A stretch of DNA of 64,000 nucleotides from Candidatus Poribacteria bacterium (GCA_965208675.1 OZ242351.1:192001-256000); one strand, 5' to 3'; shown: positions 29,069-39,132, counted from the stretch's first letter. Numbers and translations are program-made. Notes: generated by a model from the sequence alone, not told the origin.

Positions 29069-30106
29069 ATGCCAGTGAAAAAATTTATGATTATGATTGC
29101 GATTGTATTGAACATTATGGTAAACGGTGTTGTGTCTGCTCAGGATGCTGGCGGGAGATTGGTCTTTGCCATCCGCAATCCATTCTTGCATCAAGATGGA
29201 TTCCGGGCAGCAACGGGAACGTTGGAGAAAGGCAGAAGTACGACAAAATGGTGGGAGTTCCATGAGTATAATGTTTGCACCATGGATCCAGCCGGAACCG
29301 ATTTTCGCCAACTCACAGACGATGGGGTTTCGCGCAGGCCGCGATGGTCACCGGACAGACAGCGAATCGCTTACATCTCTGGAGTTGATGGTGCTGAATC
29401 GCTATGTGTGATGGCGGACGACGGCACAGAGAAAAATCGGCTCGCCAAGGAAAAACATCGCATTCACGATTTTTGGTGGGCTCCGTCAAGTGATGCCATT
29501 CTTGTTGCGCTGGAAATTGAGCAAGCAAGGAACCAATTGGAAAACTGGGTCGTGACGATTGATGGAAAATCTACAAAGCGGTGGCGAACCAGCCGATGGG
29601 CAGAGGGATGGCGGCACTGGAATGTAAACGGCGCCAAAGTCAATGAACCGAGAAACAGATTGATGGATGCGCTGCCGGAAGGGACGAAATGGCCGGTGTG
29701 GTCGCCGGATCGGAAGTGGATTGCGTTTACGACAAACGATCGCTTCCTGGCGTTGGCGGAACCAGACATTGTCGGTGCGACAGGCTCATGGTTTCTCCAA
29801 CGCGACGAACCGCCGTGTCAAGGGATTGAGGAGTGGTCGCCGGATGGAAAGCAGATTCTCTTTTATACAGCGGGAAAAATCTGCGTCGCCGCGGTAGAGA
29901 ACGGCCGTTTCACGAAATACCGGAATCTTAGCCTTTACAGCGGGTGGGACGCGGCATGGAGTCCGGATGGTAGTCAAATTGCATTCGTTGGACACGATTC
30001 GGCCGGACGCGACACTAGCGAAATCTTCCTATTAGATGTTGAGACAGGAAATATGCGTCAGATTACTTCAAGCACCCACGGTTATTTGGATTTGCATTGG
30101 CGGTAA
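29069..30106 (+). CDS. Secreted TolB-like/PD40 beta-propeller protein
   Basis: Signal peptide after MPVKKF; repeats PRWSPD, PVWSPD, EEWSPD, AAWSPD. The ORF-track start 28862 overlaps lhr. Confidence 0.8.
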   Translation: MPVKKFMIMIAIVLNIMVNGVVSAQDAGGRLVFAIRNPFLHQDGFRAATGTLEKGRSTTKWWEFHEYNVCTMDPAGTDFRQLTDDGVSRRPRWSPDRQRIAYISGVDGAESLCVMADDGTEKNRLAKEKHRIHDFWWAPSSDAILVALEIEQARNQLENWVVTIDGKSTKRWRTSRWAEGWRHWNVNGAKVNEPRNRLMDALPEGTKWPVWSPDRKWIAFTTNDRFLALAEPDIVGATGSWFLQRDEPPCQGIEEWSPDGKQILFYTAGKICVAAVENGRFTKYRNLSLYSGWDAAWSPDGSQIAFVGHDSAGRDTSEIFLLDVETGNMRQITSSTHGYLDLHWR

Positions 30107-30206
30107 TGGTACCAAAAATTACCGATGCTTTTCCGATTCCCTACCGGATTTCGTGCAAGCTTCATTGACTTGCAGCCACAGGCGCGGTACAAAGAGTTAA
30201 ATTCAG

Positions 30207-32066
30207 CTAATTGTCATCGTCGCGCTCACTGAGTAACTCACCTCGCGCAAGGCGTTCGGCATTCTCCGTTGACCAAAGGATGTTCTTCATCAACTTCTGT
30301 GCAGTAATGTACCGGGTTGCAGCCAAAATGTGTATTCGCTTTTCCTCCGGATCGCCTGACAGGTCGAAGTGTCTCAAGGCGGCTTCAAGCACCTGGAACA
30401 TGTGAAGCTCTGCATCTTCACGAAGCAAGATGTGGCAGAGCGCCTGCCTAAGATTTTTGATGTCGTGTCCCTCCTCAAGGTACTGATTCACTAAAATCTC
30501 CGCTTCATAGACCTTCTGGAAATCCGCCATTTCTTGAAGGCGGTCCAACATCTGTTTGGAGGAATCATAGGTTTCGTCAAGTCGCTGTCCGGGTTTTGGT
30601 ACGCGTGCGGCGGGCATATTTAGCCAACGGAGATAGGTTAGGAACACCACACCGTGAAAGATTCCGCGTAATAGCTCTGCGCTCGGTGCGTAATGGAATG
30701 CGCAATAAAGGGCATGGGCGTACGAGTAGATGTTTGCCACATCGTGCCAATCCCCTTCATTTTTTAAGTGAAACTGCACAATGCGAATTGCAGACGCATA
30801 AGTCATCGCACGGCAGATGTCGTCCGGACTGACGCCTGCACGGAGTTTCTCTTCAACCGCCGCAACAATCGGTCTGAAATCTTCACCAAGTAGGACCTGC
30901 GAAAATTCGGATACATCAAGCGATGCCTCGTTTGCGGCATTTTCTTCCCATATATCGTGAATTCGAGAGAAGACCGAATCCAGCACGGAAATAGAATCAG
31001 CCCAGCGCGACGTTTCCTCATGCCGAGTTCGGCTGACCAAATCGACGATTATCGGGCGTAATATTTCATGAGCCCCTTCCCACTCGACGTAATCCAATGC
31101 CTCAAACATCTTATTCGCGAAATCGAGTGCGTGGCCGTTGCCGGTGAAGTAGAAGTCGGTCGCCGCAGTAAAGACGAAATCAGCGATGACTGACTTTGTG
31201 TATCCGCGGTCGTTGAGCGTCAACAAAATACGTTCCGCCGCGCCGCGGTGCCGTTTTTCTACAAAATAGCGGAACCACCGTTTGAGTGTTGTAAGGTCAT
31301 GCTCTTCGGATGTGCGCGGAAAAGGTGCGCGGTATGGGCGTGAACTCCCTGTTGTTCTTCGGCTAACCTGAGCGAGGCCATGCACCAGAAACAAATTGTG
31401 GTCTTTGGGGTCAACTTCGTTCCACAGGTTGCCCGCAAGTGTGAGAATCGTAACACCGGACGACCAACCTTCGCTGCTTTTGTGCGCACCGTAGTAAAGT
31501 CCTTGTTGAATTATTTCCCGCGGTGATGCTCCTGCGCCTTGTATAGCGGTGACCGCTTTCGCAATGAAAAAGGAGCTCTGGTCTTTGAGCCCTCGCTCCA
31601 GCGCACGCTTGCCGCGTTCAATAGCGCGGCGTTTGGCGGCTTCCTTCTCCCCGTGGGCAACGCCAACGTAGAGATAACCGTCATCACGAGACTCGACAGG
31701 GAATGCCTTTAAATCATCGCCGAACGCTTGAAAACAGCCGCCCGATTTGAGGTCGAATTCCCAGTGATGCCAATGGCAGATTAACACACCATCTCGGAGG
31801 CTGCCCTTGGACATCGGATAACCCATATGCGGACAGCGATTATCAACCGCGTAAAATTTACCCTCAAATTTGAAGATGGCGAGGTGAGTGCCGTTGACAT
31901 GAAACGGTTTGCCTTCAAGCTCTGCAAAGTCATCAGCACGGCACAGTTGGTGGTAGACGAGATTGGCTCCCTCCACATATTCAACAGGAGGGGTCTCGAC
32001 GTGGACTGAACCCATTACCTGCTCTTGCGGAATTGATGTTGTACCGCTCACGTTGAGTACCTCCAT
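30207..32066 (-). CDS. Rieske [2Fe-2S] domain protein with long helical C-terminus
   Basis: NRCPHMG...CHWHHWEFDL Rieske ligands; start may be GTG at 32051 behind GGAGGT. Confidence 0.85.
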   Translation of the reverse strand: MEVLNVSGTTSIPQEQVMGSVHVETPPVEYVEGANLVYHQLCRADDFAELEGKPFHVNGTHLAIFKFEGKFYAVDNRCPHMGYPMSKGSLRDGVLICHWHHWEFDLKSGGCFQAFGDDLKAFPVESRDDGYLYVGVAHGEKEAAKRRAIERGKRALERGLKDQSSFFIAKAVTAIQGAGASPREIIQQGLYYGAHKSSEGWSSGVTILTLAGNLWNEVDPKDHNLFLVHGLAQVSRRTTGSSRPYRAPFPRTSEEHDLTTLKRWFRYFVEKRHRGAAERILLTLNDRGYTKSVIADFVFTAATDFYFTGNGHALDFANKMFEALDYVEWEGAHEILRPIIVDLVSRTRHEETSRWADSISVLDSVFSRIHDIWEENAANEASLDVSEFSQVLLGEDFRPIVAAVEEKLRAGVSPDDICRAMTYASAIRIVQFHLKNEGDWHDVANIYSYAHALYCAFHYAPSAELLRGIFHGVVFLTYLRWLNMPAARVPKPGQRLDETYDSSKQMLDRLQEMADFQKVYEAEILVNQYLEEGHDIKNLRQALCHILLREDAELHMFQVLEAALRHFDLSGDPEEKRIHILAATRYITAQKLMKNILWSTENAERLARGELLSERDDDN

Positions 32067-32069
32067 GCT

Positions 32070-32114
32070 TTGTAACGTGATTCAAAATTGTACGTTTTGA
32101 ATCATCGGTTGCAA
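32070..32114. promoter_or_regulatory. Inverted repeat upstream of the Rieske gene (operator or hairpin)
   Basis: TGATTCAAAA-ttgtacg-TTTTGAATCA, flanked by TTGTAAC/GTTGCAA. Confidence 0.45.
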
Positions 32115-32679
32115 TGTCCCACATTTGCCTTGATTGCGAACTGTTTCGATACATCGCCGGCCCCTCGTTTTACTGCAAATGGGTGCCAACCGATTTACCC
32201 ATCCCGATAAAGTCCCCCCAGCGCCAAATCCGCCGCAAAGATTTCTCCAACTAGCGGTGCATTGTAGTTGGAAAACAATGCCCGATTCGCATCATTTCAG
32301 GCGGATATTGCCTGAAACGGGGATACGGAAAAGTGTGCCCCGAAATTTAGTTCCAACATCTTGGAGATCGGGGTCTGTGGTGCAATGGTTATTTTGTCTA
32401 AAGGTGCGCAGGTGTCATTATTGGATTTCAAATTAGCTCCGGGGCAAACATCAACGATAATTGTAAATTAATCCCAGCCAAATGTCCAGTGTATTGCGGA
32501 CAGAGATTAGAATAAAATGTTGGCCCCTGATTGGTATATTTTTGGGATGACAAACGAAGGACGTTTTGATAAAATCTGCCAACGCAACGCGTACAAGTAT
32601 TCGCAGGAAAAACGGGCAAAATATGGGCTGGACGCCAACGATTGACTCCAAAATCTTAGGGCTTGGTGAGAGGTCGTAG

Positions 32680-32928
32680 ATGAATCAGAAGCTGTTTCGA
32701 CTTGTCGATCTTGAACATGACCAAGAGATTGGAATAATCACTGAAAATCAGGTTCAATTCTTGATTGAGAATCTTGAGGAGGGAGGTATTGAGGACCAAG
32801 ACTATTACATTGATGAAGAAACATACGACTTTCTTGCCGAGAACGGATGCGAAGAAGAATTGCTAGAAATGCTCGCCGAAACCCTCGAGGGCAGAGATGA
32901 AATCGACATTCGATACGAATTGATGTAA
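32680..32928 (+). CDS. Small acidic conserved hypothetical protein
   Basis: 82 aa, GAGG RBS, QVQFLIENLEE..EDQDYYID motif. Confidence 0.75.
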   Translation: MNQKLFRLVDLEHDQEIGIITENQVQFLIENLEEGGIEDQDYYIDEETYDFLAENGCEEELLEMLAETLEGRDEIDIRYELM

Positions 32929-32931
32929 TTT

Positions 32932-33080
32932 GGACTTACGCACTTCAGATTAAAGTTACCAGACTCATAAGGTGTCGAAGGGCATTGTCAACGCTATACC
33001 CGCCGTAGGCGGGGCATCTTGCCCTGCATTCGTGATGAAGCATCGAATTACGACACCTCATCCTTCAACTGTGTAAGTCC
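32932..33080. mobile_element. MITE-like element (~150 bp)
   Basis: Terminal inverted repeats GGACTTACGCACTT / AACTGTGTAAGTCC; non-coding; contains a GTAG-type REP-like hairpin at ~33005. Confidence 0.6.
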
Positions 33081-33238
33081 TGATAATGAAATTTACGAAT
33101 CATTATGTCCAAATCATTATGTTGGATACAACTTTTTGTCTTGAAGCAACATTTGAAGTCCTTTGCTGCCTGCATTTCACACTCCGCTCAATCGGCAAGG
33201 ATATAGTCGCAGAAACGACAAAACCGTGGAATTTTTTC

Positions 33239-33267
33239 TTGCGTTTTTAGCATAATGATGTTAAAAT
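33239..33267 (+). promoter_or_regulatory. tRNA promoter
   Basis: TTGCGT-17-TAAAAT with extended TG, 15 nt before the tRNA. Confidence 0.55.
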
Positions 33268-33282
33268 TAACCTTGTTCAAGT

Positions 33283-33358
<76 letters not shown>

Positions 33359-33423
33359 TTTTTTTGCCCGCCTCATGCTCTGCACATTTGTGCCAATGGC
33401 ATTATTTTGCGTTTTCCCCGCCG

Positions 33424-33900
33424 CTATTGTTTGACACTGTCTCTTTTCTTGTCTTTTGGCGAGGTTGTCCCTAAGCGGCGGGGCGTTAATCCGTTTTCTA
33501 ACACCCCCAAGATTGTCAAGTGCAATTGCGCACGATACGGCAATTCTTCGATGAGTTTATCTTCCGTAGATTTTATCTTCGCCTCTTCGTCTAAACGGCT
33601 TTGACGTAGTTTTTTCAACGTCTCCCCAATTTCGTCTTCGGATACGGCTAAATCCTTGGCAAGTCGATTTAGTAGGCGTAGGTTTTCGACAGCCTTAATG
33701 CGTTTTTGGCGTTTAAGTTCCCAAAGCGCTTTTATCTTCTTCGTTTGGTCAGTTGATACCCCGAGCTCTGCCAAGGTAATCCCTCTGCTTTCGTTCGTTT
33801 CCTCTGCCATTTGCGCCCATGCCCACATGCCAACCAGTACGGTGCAGGCAATGATTGATATGAGCAAACTCACGAAGAAGCGTGTATGGTCTCTTAGCAT
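33424..33900 (-). CDS. Exported helical protein, Spy/CpxP-like
   Basis: Signal peptide from MLRDH (GGAGG RBS), LAELGVSTDQTKKIK and coiled-coil body. Confidence 0.6.
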   Translation of the reverse strand: MLRDHTRFFVSLLISIIACTVLVGMWAWAQMAEETNESRGITLAELGVSTDQTKKIKALWELKRQKRIKAVENLRLLNRLAKDLAVSEDEIGETLKKLRQSRLDEEAKIKSTEDKLIEELPYRAQLHLTILGVLENGLTPRRLGTTSPKDKKRDSVKQ

Positions 33901-34170
33901 ATTGCACCTCCAGTTAGTCGTCATAACCGAAGAATCCCTTTAACCTTGATGTGCGCCATCGTTGATTCAGCGTGCTTTCAACCTGTCCCCTAAACCGTTG
34001 CAGCCATGCGCTGGCAACTCATGCATTGTAAGAAGCATACCACAGTTGTCCTGAACCGTCAAGCGGCGAGAAGTGTAGTGCCGGATAAACATTGCATCGC
34101 AAAAGTCGATATGAGATAATGTTAGCCTACTGAAGGTTCAATTGTATCCCAAGTCAATAAGGAGACGGAT

Positions 34171-34449
34171 GTGTTGGAAACGATTCGCGAATTAGTCATT
34201 TTACTTCAAACTGGAATTGAGGACTACGAAGGACAGTTAAAGACACTACAGGAAGAGCGGTTGAAATATATTCGCCTATCCCAATCAAACGGATTTGGCA
34301 CAGATGAAAACTCCTCAAACGAATCTTGGCTGCTCCATCTAAAACAGCTTGAGGATTCACTGGAACTCCGCGTTAATGCACTCAAACAGGCCATCAAAGA
34401 AATCGCAGATGATATTACGTCAACGGAAAATAAAAATACGGATGCCTAA
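34171..34449 (+). CDS. Hypothetical coiled-coil protein
   Basis: AAGGAG RBS, GTG start, heptad pattern; TTGCAT-17-GATAAT upstream. Confidence 0.7.
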   Translation: MLETIRELVILLQTGIEDYEGQLKTLQEERLKYIRLSQSNGFGTDENSSNESWLLHLKQLEDSLELRVNALKQAIKEIADDITSTENKNTDA

Positions 34450-34535
34450 CAGGTATGCCGTGAGCAAAGGATTATCGCAGCTAATGATGCCTGAAAGCAT
34501 TCCAACACATTTCAACTACCGCAGCGTGAAACCGA

Positions 34536-35224
34536 ATGGTGGATTTTAGGATGAACGCTGAACCACGTTATAACGACACATATTACAAATTCACCCAGGT
34601 CGAATCACGGATAATAAATCTGAGAGCAGGCACTGAAATTAATCTGAAAGATGTTGACCCTCCGCTCGATTGGAATCAGGTCTTTGGCAATGGCAATCCC
34701 GTCGAAATCGAAATTGGGTGCGGCAAGGGGCGATTTCTGGGCAAATCCGCAAAGCGGCATCCAGACATTAATTATGTCGGCGTAGAGAGAGCCCCAAAAT
34801 ATGTTCAACGAACAAAGGCACACCTCTTGAAACAAAACGTCACAGGGGCGCTTCTTGTGTGGAGCGACGCGTCATATTTTATAAATCGTTTTGTTGCGCG
34901 GGGCTCAGTCAAGACCTATCATGTCTACTTTCCCGACCCTGGCCGAAAAAACGTCAGCACAAACGCCGAATCTTTAACAACAAACATTTCATTAAAGGCT
35001 TAGTCCGGACCCTCGATTCAAAAGTAGGTTGCATCCAACTCGCTACTGATATTCCGGAATGTTATTCTGAGATCTGTCTAAGATTAAACCAGTTCCCGTC
35101 TTTAGTGTCTGTGCCATTTGACGCAGTAAGAGCCGACCGCATTCGAACGTGTTTTGAGATTAAGTACCTTGCGGAAGGTCGGAAAATCTATCGAGCAGCG
35201 TACCGCAGGCGGAATCTCAATTAA
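34536..35224 (+). pseudogene. trmB: tRNA (guanine-N7)-methyltransferase, frameshifted
   Basis: EIGCGKGRFL and HVYFPDP in one frame; PWPKKRQHKRR..ATD..TCFEIKY in another. One base is missing at ~34937-34940. Confidence 0.85.
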
Positions 35225-35313
35225 AAGTTAGCAGGTCAGCCGCACACGGAATAGCGGTATTCGGAATACCGAACTTCAAGCGATTGTTTCCGATAGCACC
35301 GCGAAAGTCGAAT

Positions 35314-36475
35314 ATGAGCAACTGGACGATATGGCGAGAACAGTTTCCCGTAACGAAAAAGTATATCTACCTCAACCACGCCGGAGTGTCGCCGTTATCA
35401 CTGCGCGTGCGCCAGGCAATGCACGATTTCTTGGACGACTCTGTCGATAACGGCGCCGTCAATGTGGCTAACTGGACCGCGGCAGCAGAATCCTGCCGAC
35501 GTGCCGCCGCTCAGCTAATCAATGCCGATGCCAGCGAAATTGCGTTCATGAAAAACACGACGCAAGGACTCATCATCGCCGCAAACGGGATAGATTGGCG
35601 GCAAGGCGATAATGTCGTGACCGCATCCGTAGAATTTCCCGCTAATGTTTACCCTTGGTGGAACTTGAAAGCGCGTTACGGCGTAGAGACGCGCATGGTG
35701 CAGGAAAAGCACGGGCAGATTTTTATTGAGGACATTGAGGCGGCAATTGATGCACGCACGCGCGTTGTCACAATCAGTCATATTGAGTTTGCGTCGGGGT
35801 TTCGGAACGACATTGCGGCAATTGGTGAAATTTGCCGAAGGAAAGACATCTGGTTTGTCGTGGATGCGATTCAGAGCCTTGGTGCGATTGATTTAGACGT
35901 GAGGGCTTGTAATATCGATATTCTGGCGGCTGATGGGCACAAATGGTTGCTCGCTCCCGAAGGCGCGGCGATTTTCTATTGCGCCAAGGAGAAACAGGAT
36001 AGATTAATTAACACCAATGTCGGCTGGGCGGGCGTGGTAAACCCTAGGGATTTTCTAAATTATGATATCACGCCGAAACCGGATGCCACTCGGTTTGAAG
36101 AGGGATCTTACAATACCGTTGGATTATACGGACTCTGCGCCGCGATTGAACTGTTGTTGGAGGTTGGCATTGCAAGCATTGAAGCGCGTGTATTGAATCT
36201 GACGAAACGGTTAATCGACGGACTCCAATCTAAGGCGTATAGAGTCATTACGCCAAGACTTGAATCCAAACGATCCGGAATCGTCGCTTTTGAAAGCGGA
36301 ACATATTCAACAACTGAGCTTTATAACCGCCTTCAGCGTGAAAACGTGAACTGAGCTTTATAACCGCCTTCAGCGTGAAAACGTGATTGTTGCTGAACGC
36401 CGCGGCGTACGTGTTTCCCCGCATTTCTATAACTCCGAAGCGGAAATTGACCGTGTGCTGGAGTTGTTACCGTGA
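35314..36475 (+). pseudogene. Class V PLP-dependent aminotransferase/cysteine desulfurase-like, truncated by a 37-bp duplication
   Basis: YLNHAGVSP, VDAIQSLG, DGHKWLLAPEG, RFEEGS. The ORF stops at 36354 and the C-terminus (RVSPHFYN..LLP*) lies out of frame to 36475. Confidence 0.85.
36312..36385 (+). repeat. Perfect 37-bp tandem duplication
   Basis: aactgagctttataaccgccttcagcgtgaaaacgtg at 36312 and 36349. Confidence 0.95.
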
Positions 36476-36635
36476 GAGATTCGCTCGAATCAGAATCCTG
36501 CGCGTTGTGAATAAGGGAAGGGGGCAGTAACTAAGTTATTTTATTGGAAACTCGGTTTCTTTATAAGCTCCGTGGCTATCGCCGCCTCACTAACTCCAAA
36601 ATTAAAAACCACTTAAACGATAAAGGAGTTTTTAA

Positions 36636-37073
36636 ATGATTAAAATAAAGATATTAGCCGTGTTACTAATCGCTTGGATTTCAGTTTCCTTTTTGGGATG
36701 CGGTGATAGTGATGACGGGCTTATTGATCCGGTTGGTCCCGGCGATGAGCACGGGTTGATGTACGACGATCCGGCACAGGCTGGCAGGCCCGTTCCTTCA
36801 TTCTCGAACGACATTCTGCCGATCCTCACTCAGCGGTGTGCACTGTCCGGGTGCCACGTTGCTGGCGGACAGCACGGTGTCGATCTCAGGACGTATGAAA
36901 CCCTTAAAAAAGGAGGAGAACACGGCGCAATCATAATTGCCGGCAATGCGGGTGAAAGCGAATTAGTCGATGAGATTGTTGAGGGCAACATGCCGTTAGG
37001 CGGGCCGCGGCTGAAAACCGCTCAAATCCAACTCATTATTGACTGGGTCAACTCGGGCGCAAAGAACGATTGA
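36636..37073 (+). CDS. Lipoprotein with planctomycete-type cytochrome c domain
   Basis: Lipobox FLGC, SFSNDILPIL, CALSGCH, GGEHG..IIAG..S.L, MPLGG, IIDWV. Confidence 0.8.
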   Translation: MIKIKILAVLLIAWISVSFLGCGDSDDGLIDPVGPGDEHGLMYDDPAQAGRPVPSFSNDILPILTQRCALSGCHVAGGQHGVDLRTYETLKKGGEHGAIIIAGNAGESELVDEIVEGNMPLGGPRLKTAQIQLIIDWVNSGAKND

Positions 37074-37110
37074 ATCCGAAGCGCTTCCGAGTTCGTTATT
37101 ACGAGTGCGT

Positions 37111-37185
37111 ACTCATTCCGCTCCCTACCAAGGAGGGGAGACAAAACTCATTCCCCTCCTTACCAAGGAGGGGTTAGGGGAGGTT
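37111..37185. repeat. Tandem palindromic REP-like units
   Basis: 28-bp imperfect direct repeats at 37111 and 37146 with palindrome CCCCTCCTT-ACC-AAGGAGGGG, then TTAGGGGAGG. Confidence 0.7.
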
Positions 37186-37242
37186 AACCGAAATACCACC
37201 GTTTGCCTAAACGCCATATTTTCAAAAAGAGAACATCAAACC

Positions 37243-38043
37243 ATGAACGACGCCGAAAAATATCTCTTTGACCTTAACGGTTATCTCGTCGTCGAGGGCG
37301 TGCTTCCACCCGACGAAGTCGCCCGCGCCAACGAAGCCATTGACCGTCATTGGCATCAGAATAAAATTCGTGCTCGCGAGGAAACCTTGGACGGCGGCTC
37401 AACGTCGCTCCGAGGAGATCAGGGACGCGGAGAACTGGGCAATATGCTCGATTGGGAAGAGCCGTGGTGCAACCCTTTCCGAGAAATGTTGGCGCATCCA
37501 CGGATTGTCCCTTATCTTCATCAACTCCTCGGCAAAGGTTTTCGGATGGATCATCCGATGATTCTTTTGTCAATGGAAAAAGGAGCGGAAGGCTTTCTGT
37601 TTCACGGGTCTTCAGGTCCCGGCTTTGATCCAAACCAATATTACATCGTCCGCGATGGCAAGATGCATAACGGGCTTACGGTTGTGGCATTTCAACTCAT
37701 GGATGTGAATCCGGGTGACGGGGGGTTGATTGTCATCCCCGGTAGCCACAAGAGCAACTTCCCGTGCCCCGAAGAGATACGCCGCTACCAAAACTTTCAA
37801 GAACACGTTCGGCAGGTTGTCTGCAAAGCCGGAGATGTGGTTATTTTCACTGAAGCGGTCACGCACGGGACGCTGCCTTGGACTTCAGATCGTCCGCGTC
37901 GGTCGATATTGATGCGGTACACCACCGGAAACATGGCGTATGTTCCCGCATACCCCATCCCTGAATGGGCAAATGAGCGGGAGCGAACCGTGATGGAACC
38001 GCCGTACCATACGCGCCTAAACCGCCCAGTGTTGGACGAATAG
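37243..38043 (+). CDS. Phytanoyl-CoA dioxygenase (PhyH) family Fe(II)/2OG enzyme
   Basis: MNDAEKYLFDLNGY, PGDGGLIVIPGSHKSN, GDVVIFTEAVTHGT, RRSILMRY. Confidence 0.88.
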   Translation: MNDAEKYLFDLNGYLVVEGVLPPDEVARANEAIDRHWHQNKIRAREETLDGGSTSLRGDQGRGELGNMLDWEEPWCNPFREMLAHPRIVPYLHQLLGKGFRMDHPMILLSMEKGAEGFLFHGSSGPGFDPNQYYIVRDGKMHNGLTVVAFQLMDVNPGDGGLIVIPGSHKSNFPCPEEIRRYQNFQEHVRQVVCKAGDVVIFTEAVTHGTLPWTSDRPRRSILMRYTTGNMAYVPAYPIPEWANERERTVMEPPYHTRLNRPVLDE

Positions 38044-38176
38044 AACTAAGAGATCGACATTTCGCGAAATATTTCTGTCTAACAGTTGGGTGTATTGGCA
38101 TTTTGGTGTTGCCAATTCAAAAAAGCGGCCGTGTAAATTGCCAAAAACCTAGTTGGGTGAGACGCGCGGCCTATAA

Positions 38177-38235
38177 GCGCAACCACGAGAATTGCCCCTA
38201 CAAGGACGATGTGGGGGCAGGTCTTGTGTCTGCCT
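38177..38235. repeat. Pair of GTAG/GTGG-headed REP-like palindromes
   Basis: Minus GTAGGGGCAATTCTCGTGGTTGCGC and plus GTGGGGGCAGGTCTTGTGTCTGCCT between convergent genes. Confidence 0.6.
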
Positions 38236-38259
38236 AAAAAATTTTGCCGGTGGTAAAAG

Positions 38260-39132
38260 CTAATCATCGTCGATATTCATCGAAAACCGCGCCCAAACCG
38301 GGCGGCGGTCGCTCACCGCTTGTGATGCGGCCAGGTCCTTATTCGCCCAATCCTTTTCATCGAACTTATCAATCCCGCATTCGCCTGTGTACTCCGAGGT
38401 ATGCCCGCTCTGGAAAAAGATGTTGTCGAAAAGGCTGGTATCTTCGATATGAGATGTTAACGGTAAGTCAAACAGATTGATCATCGAGGGAATTGACTCG
38501 AGCCGCGCAAAGGCCCGGCTGTCGTCCGGATTGCGGTTGAAGTCTCCGAGAAGAATTACGTCATTTTCGTTTGCGTCCGCATGTTGAACCTGCCGGTAAA
38601 CATCCGCAAGGCTTTGTATTTCTCGTTGCCTCTCCTCCACCTTCCCCCAAACCACCCGCACTACAATTGCCGTGAAATCGAAACTGCCCGCACGAAACGT
38701 AGCGAAGTACGGATCGCGGATAAAGTCTTCCTCACCGTCCGCACCATCGTCATACAACTGCCCCGGCGCGGAAACTGTAACGAATTGCGGGTCATAAAGG
38801 AACGCAAACCGCTCGGTCATGTGACGCCCTACCGCGGGGCTGATGAGATACTCGTATCTTCGTCCCATCTCCTCCAACTGCGTAACGGTACGCTTCAACA
38901 CCTGTTCATCGCGTAACTCCACCAGCGCCGCAATGTCATAGCCGATAAGCACGTCTGCAATAAGCTTCACGTCGGCGGCATCCCGGCTTTTATCGCTAAA
39001 GACGCGGATGTTCCACGCTGCCACATCAACCGTGTGCTTCTCAACCTGCTTTTCGCAACCCAAACTCGACACTGCCATCGTCGCGCCAAGAAGAATAATG
39101 TGAATCCAGCCGCATCGGAAAAACTTTAACAT
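38260..39132 (-). CDS. Endonuclease/exonuclease/phosphatase (DNase I-like) lipoprotein, catalytic His absent
   Basis: Lipobox SLGC, AAWNIR, LVELRD, ERFAFLYD, RDPY, LGDFN, FDNIF, VSDRRPV. Confidence 0.85.
   Translation of the reverse strand: MLKFFRCGWIHIILLGATMAVSSLGCEKQVEKHTVDVAAWNIRVFSDKSRDAADVKLIADVLIGYDIAALVELRDEQVLKRTVTQLEEMGRRYEYLISPAVGRHMTERFAFLYDPQFVTVSAPGQLYDDGADGEEDFIRDPYFATFRAGSFDFTAIVVRVVWGKVEERQREIQSLADVYRQVQHADANENDVILLGDFNRNPDDSRAFARLESIPSMINLFDLPLTSHIEDTSLFDNIFFQSGHTSEYTGECGIDKFDEKDWANKDLAASQAVSDRRPVWARFSMNIDDD

Noticed and set aside
36312-37185. Short direct repeats as a CRISPR array
   Set aside because: Only two units each, no unique spacers of regular length, no cas genes
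37039-37242. N-terminal extensions in the ORF track (here, and at 39428, 28862 and 21969)
   Set aside because: They run through REP repeats or neighbouring genes; downstream starts match family N-termini or RBSs
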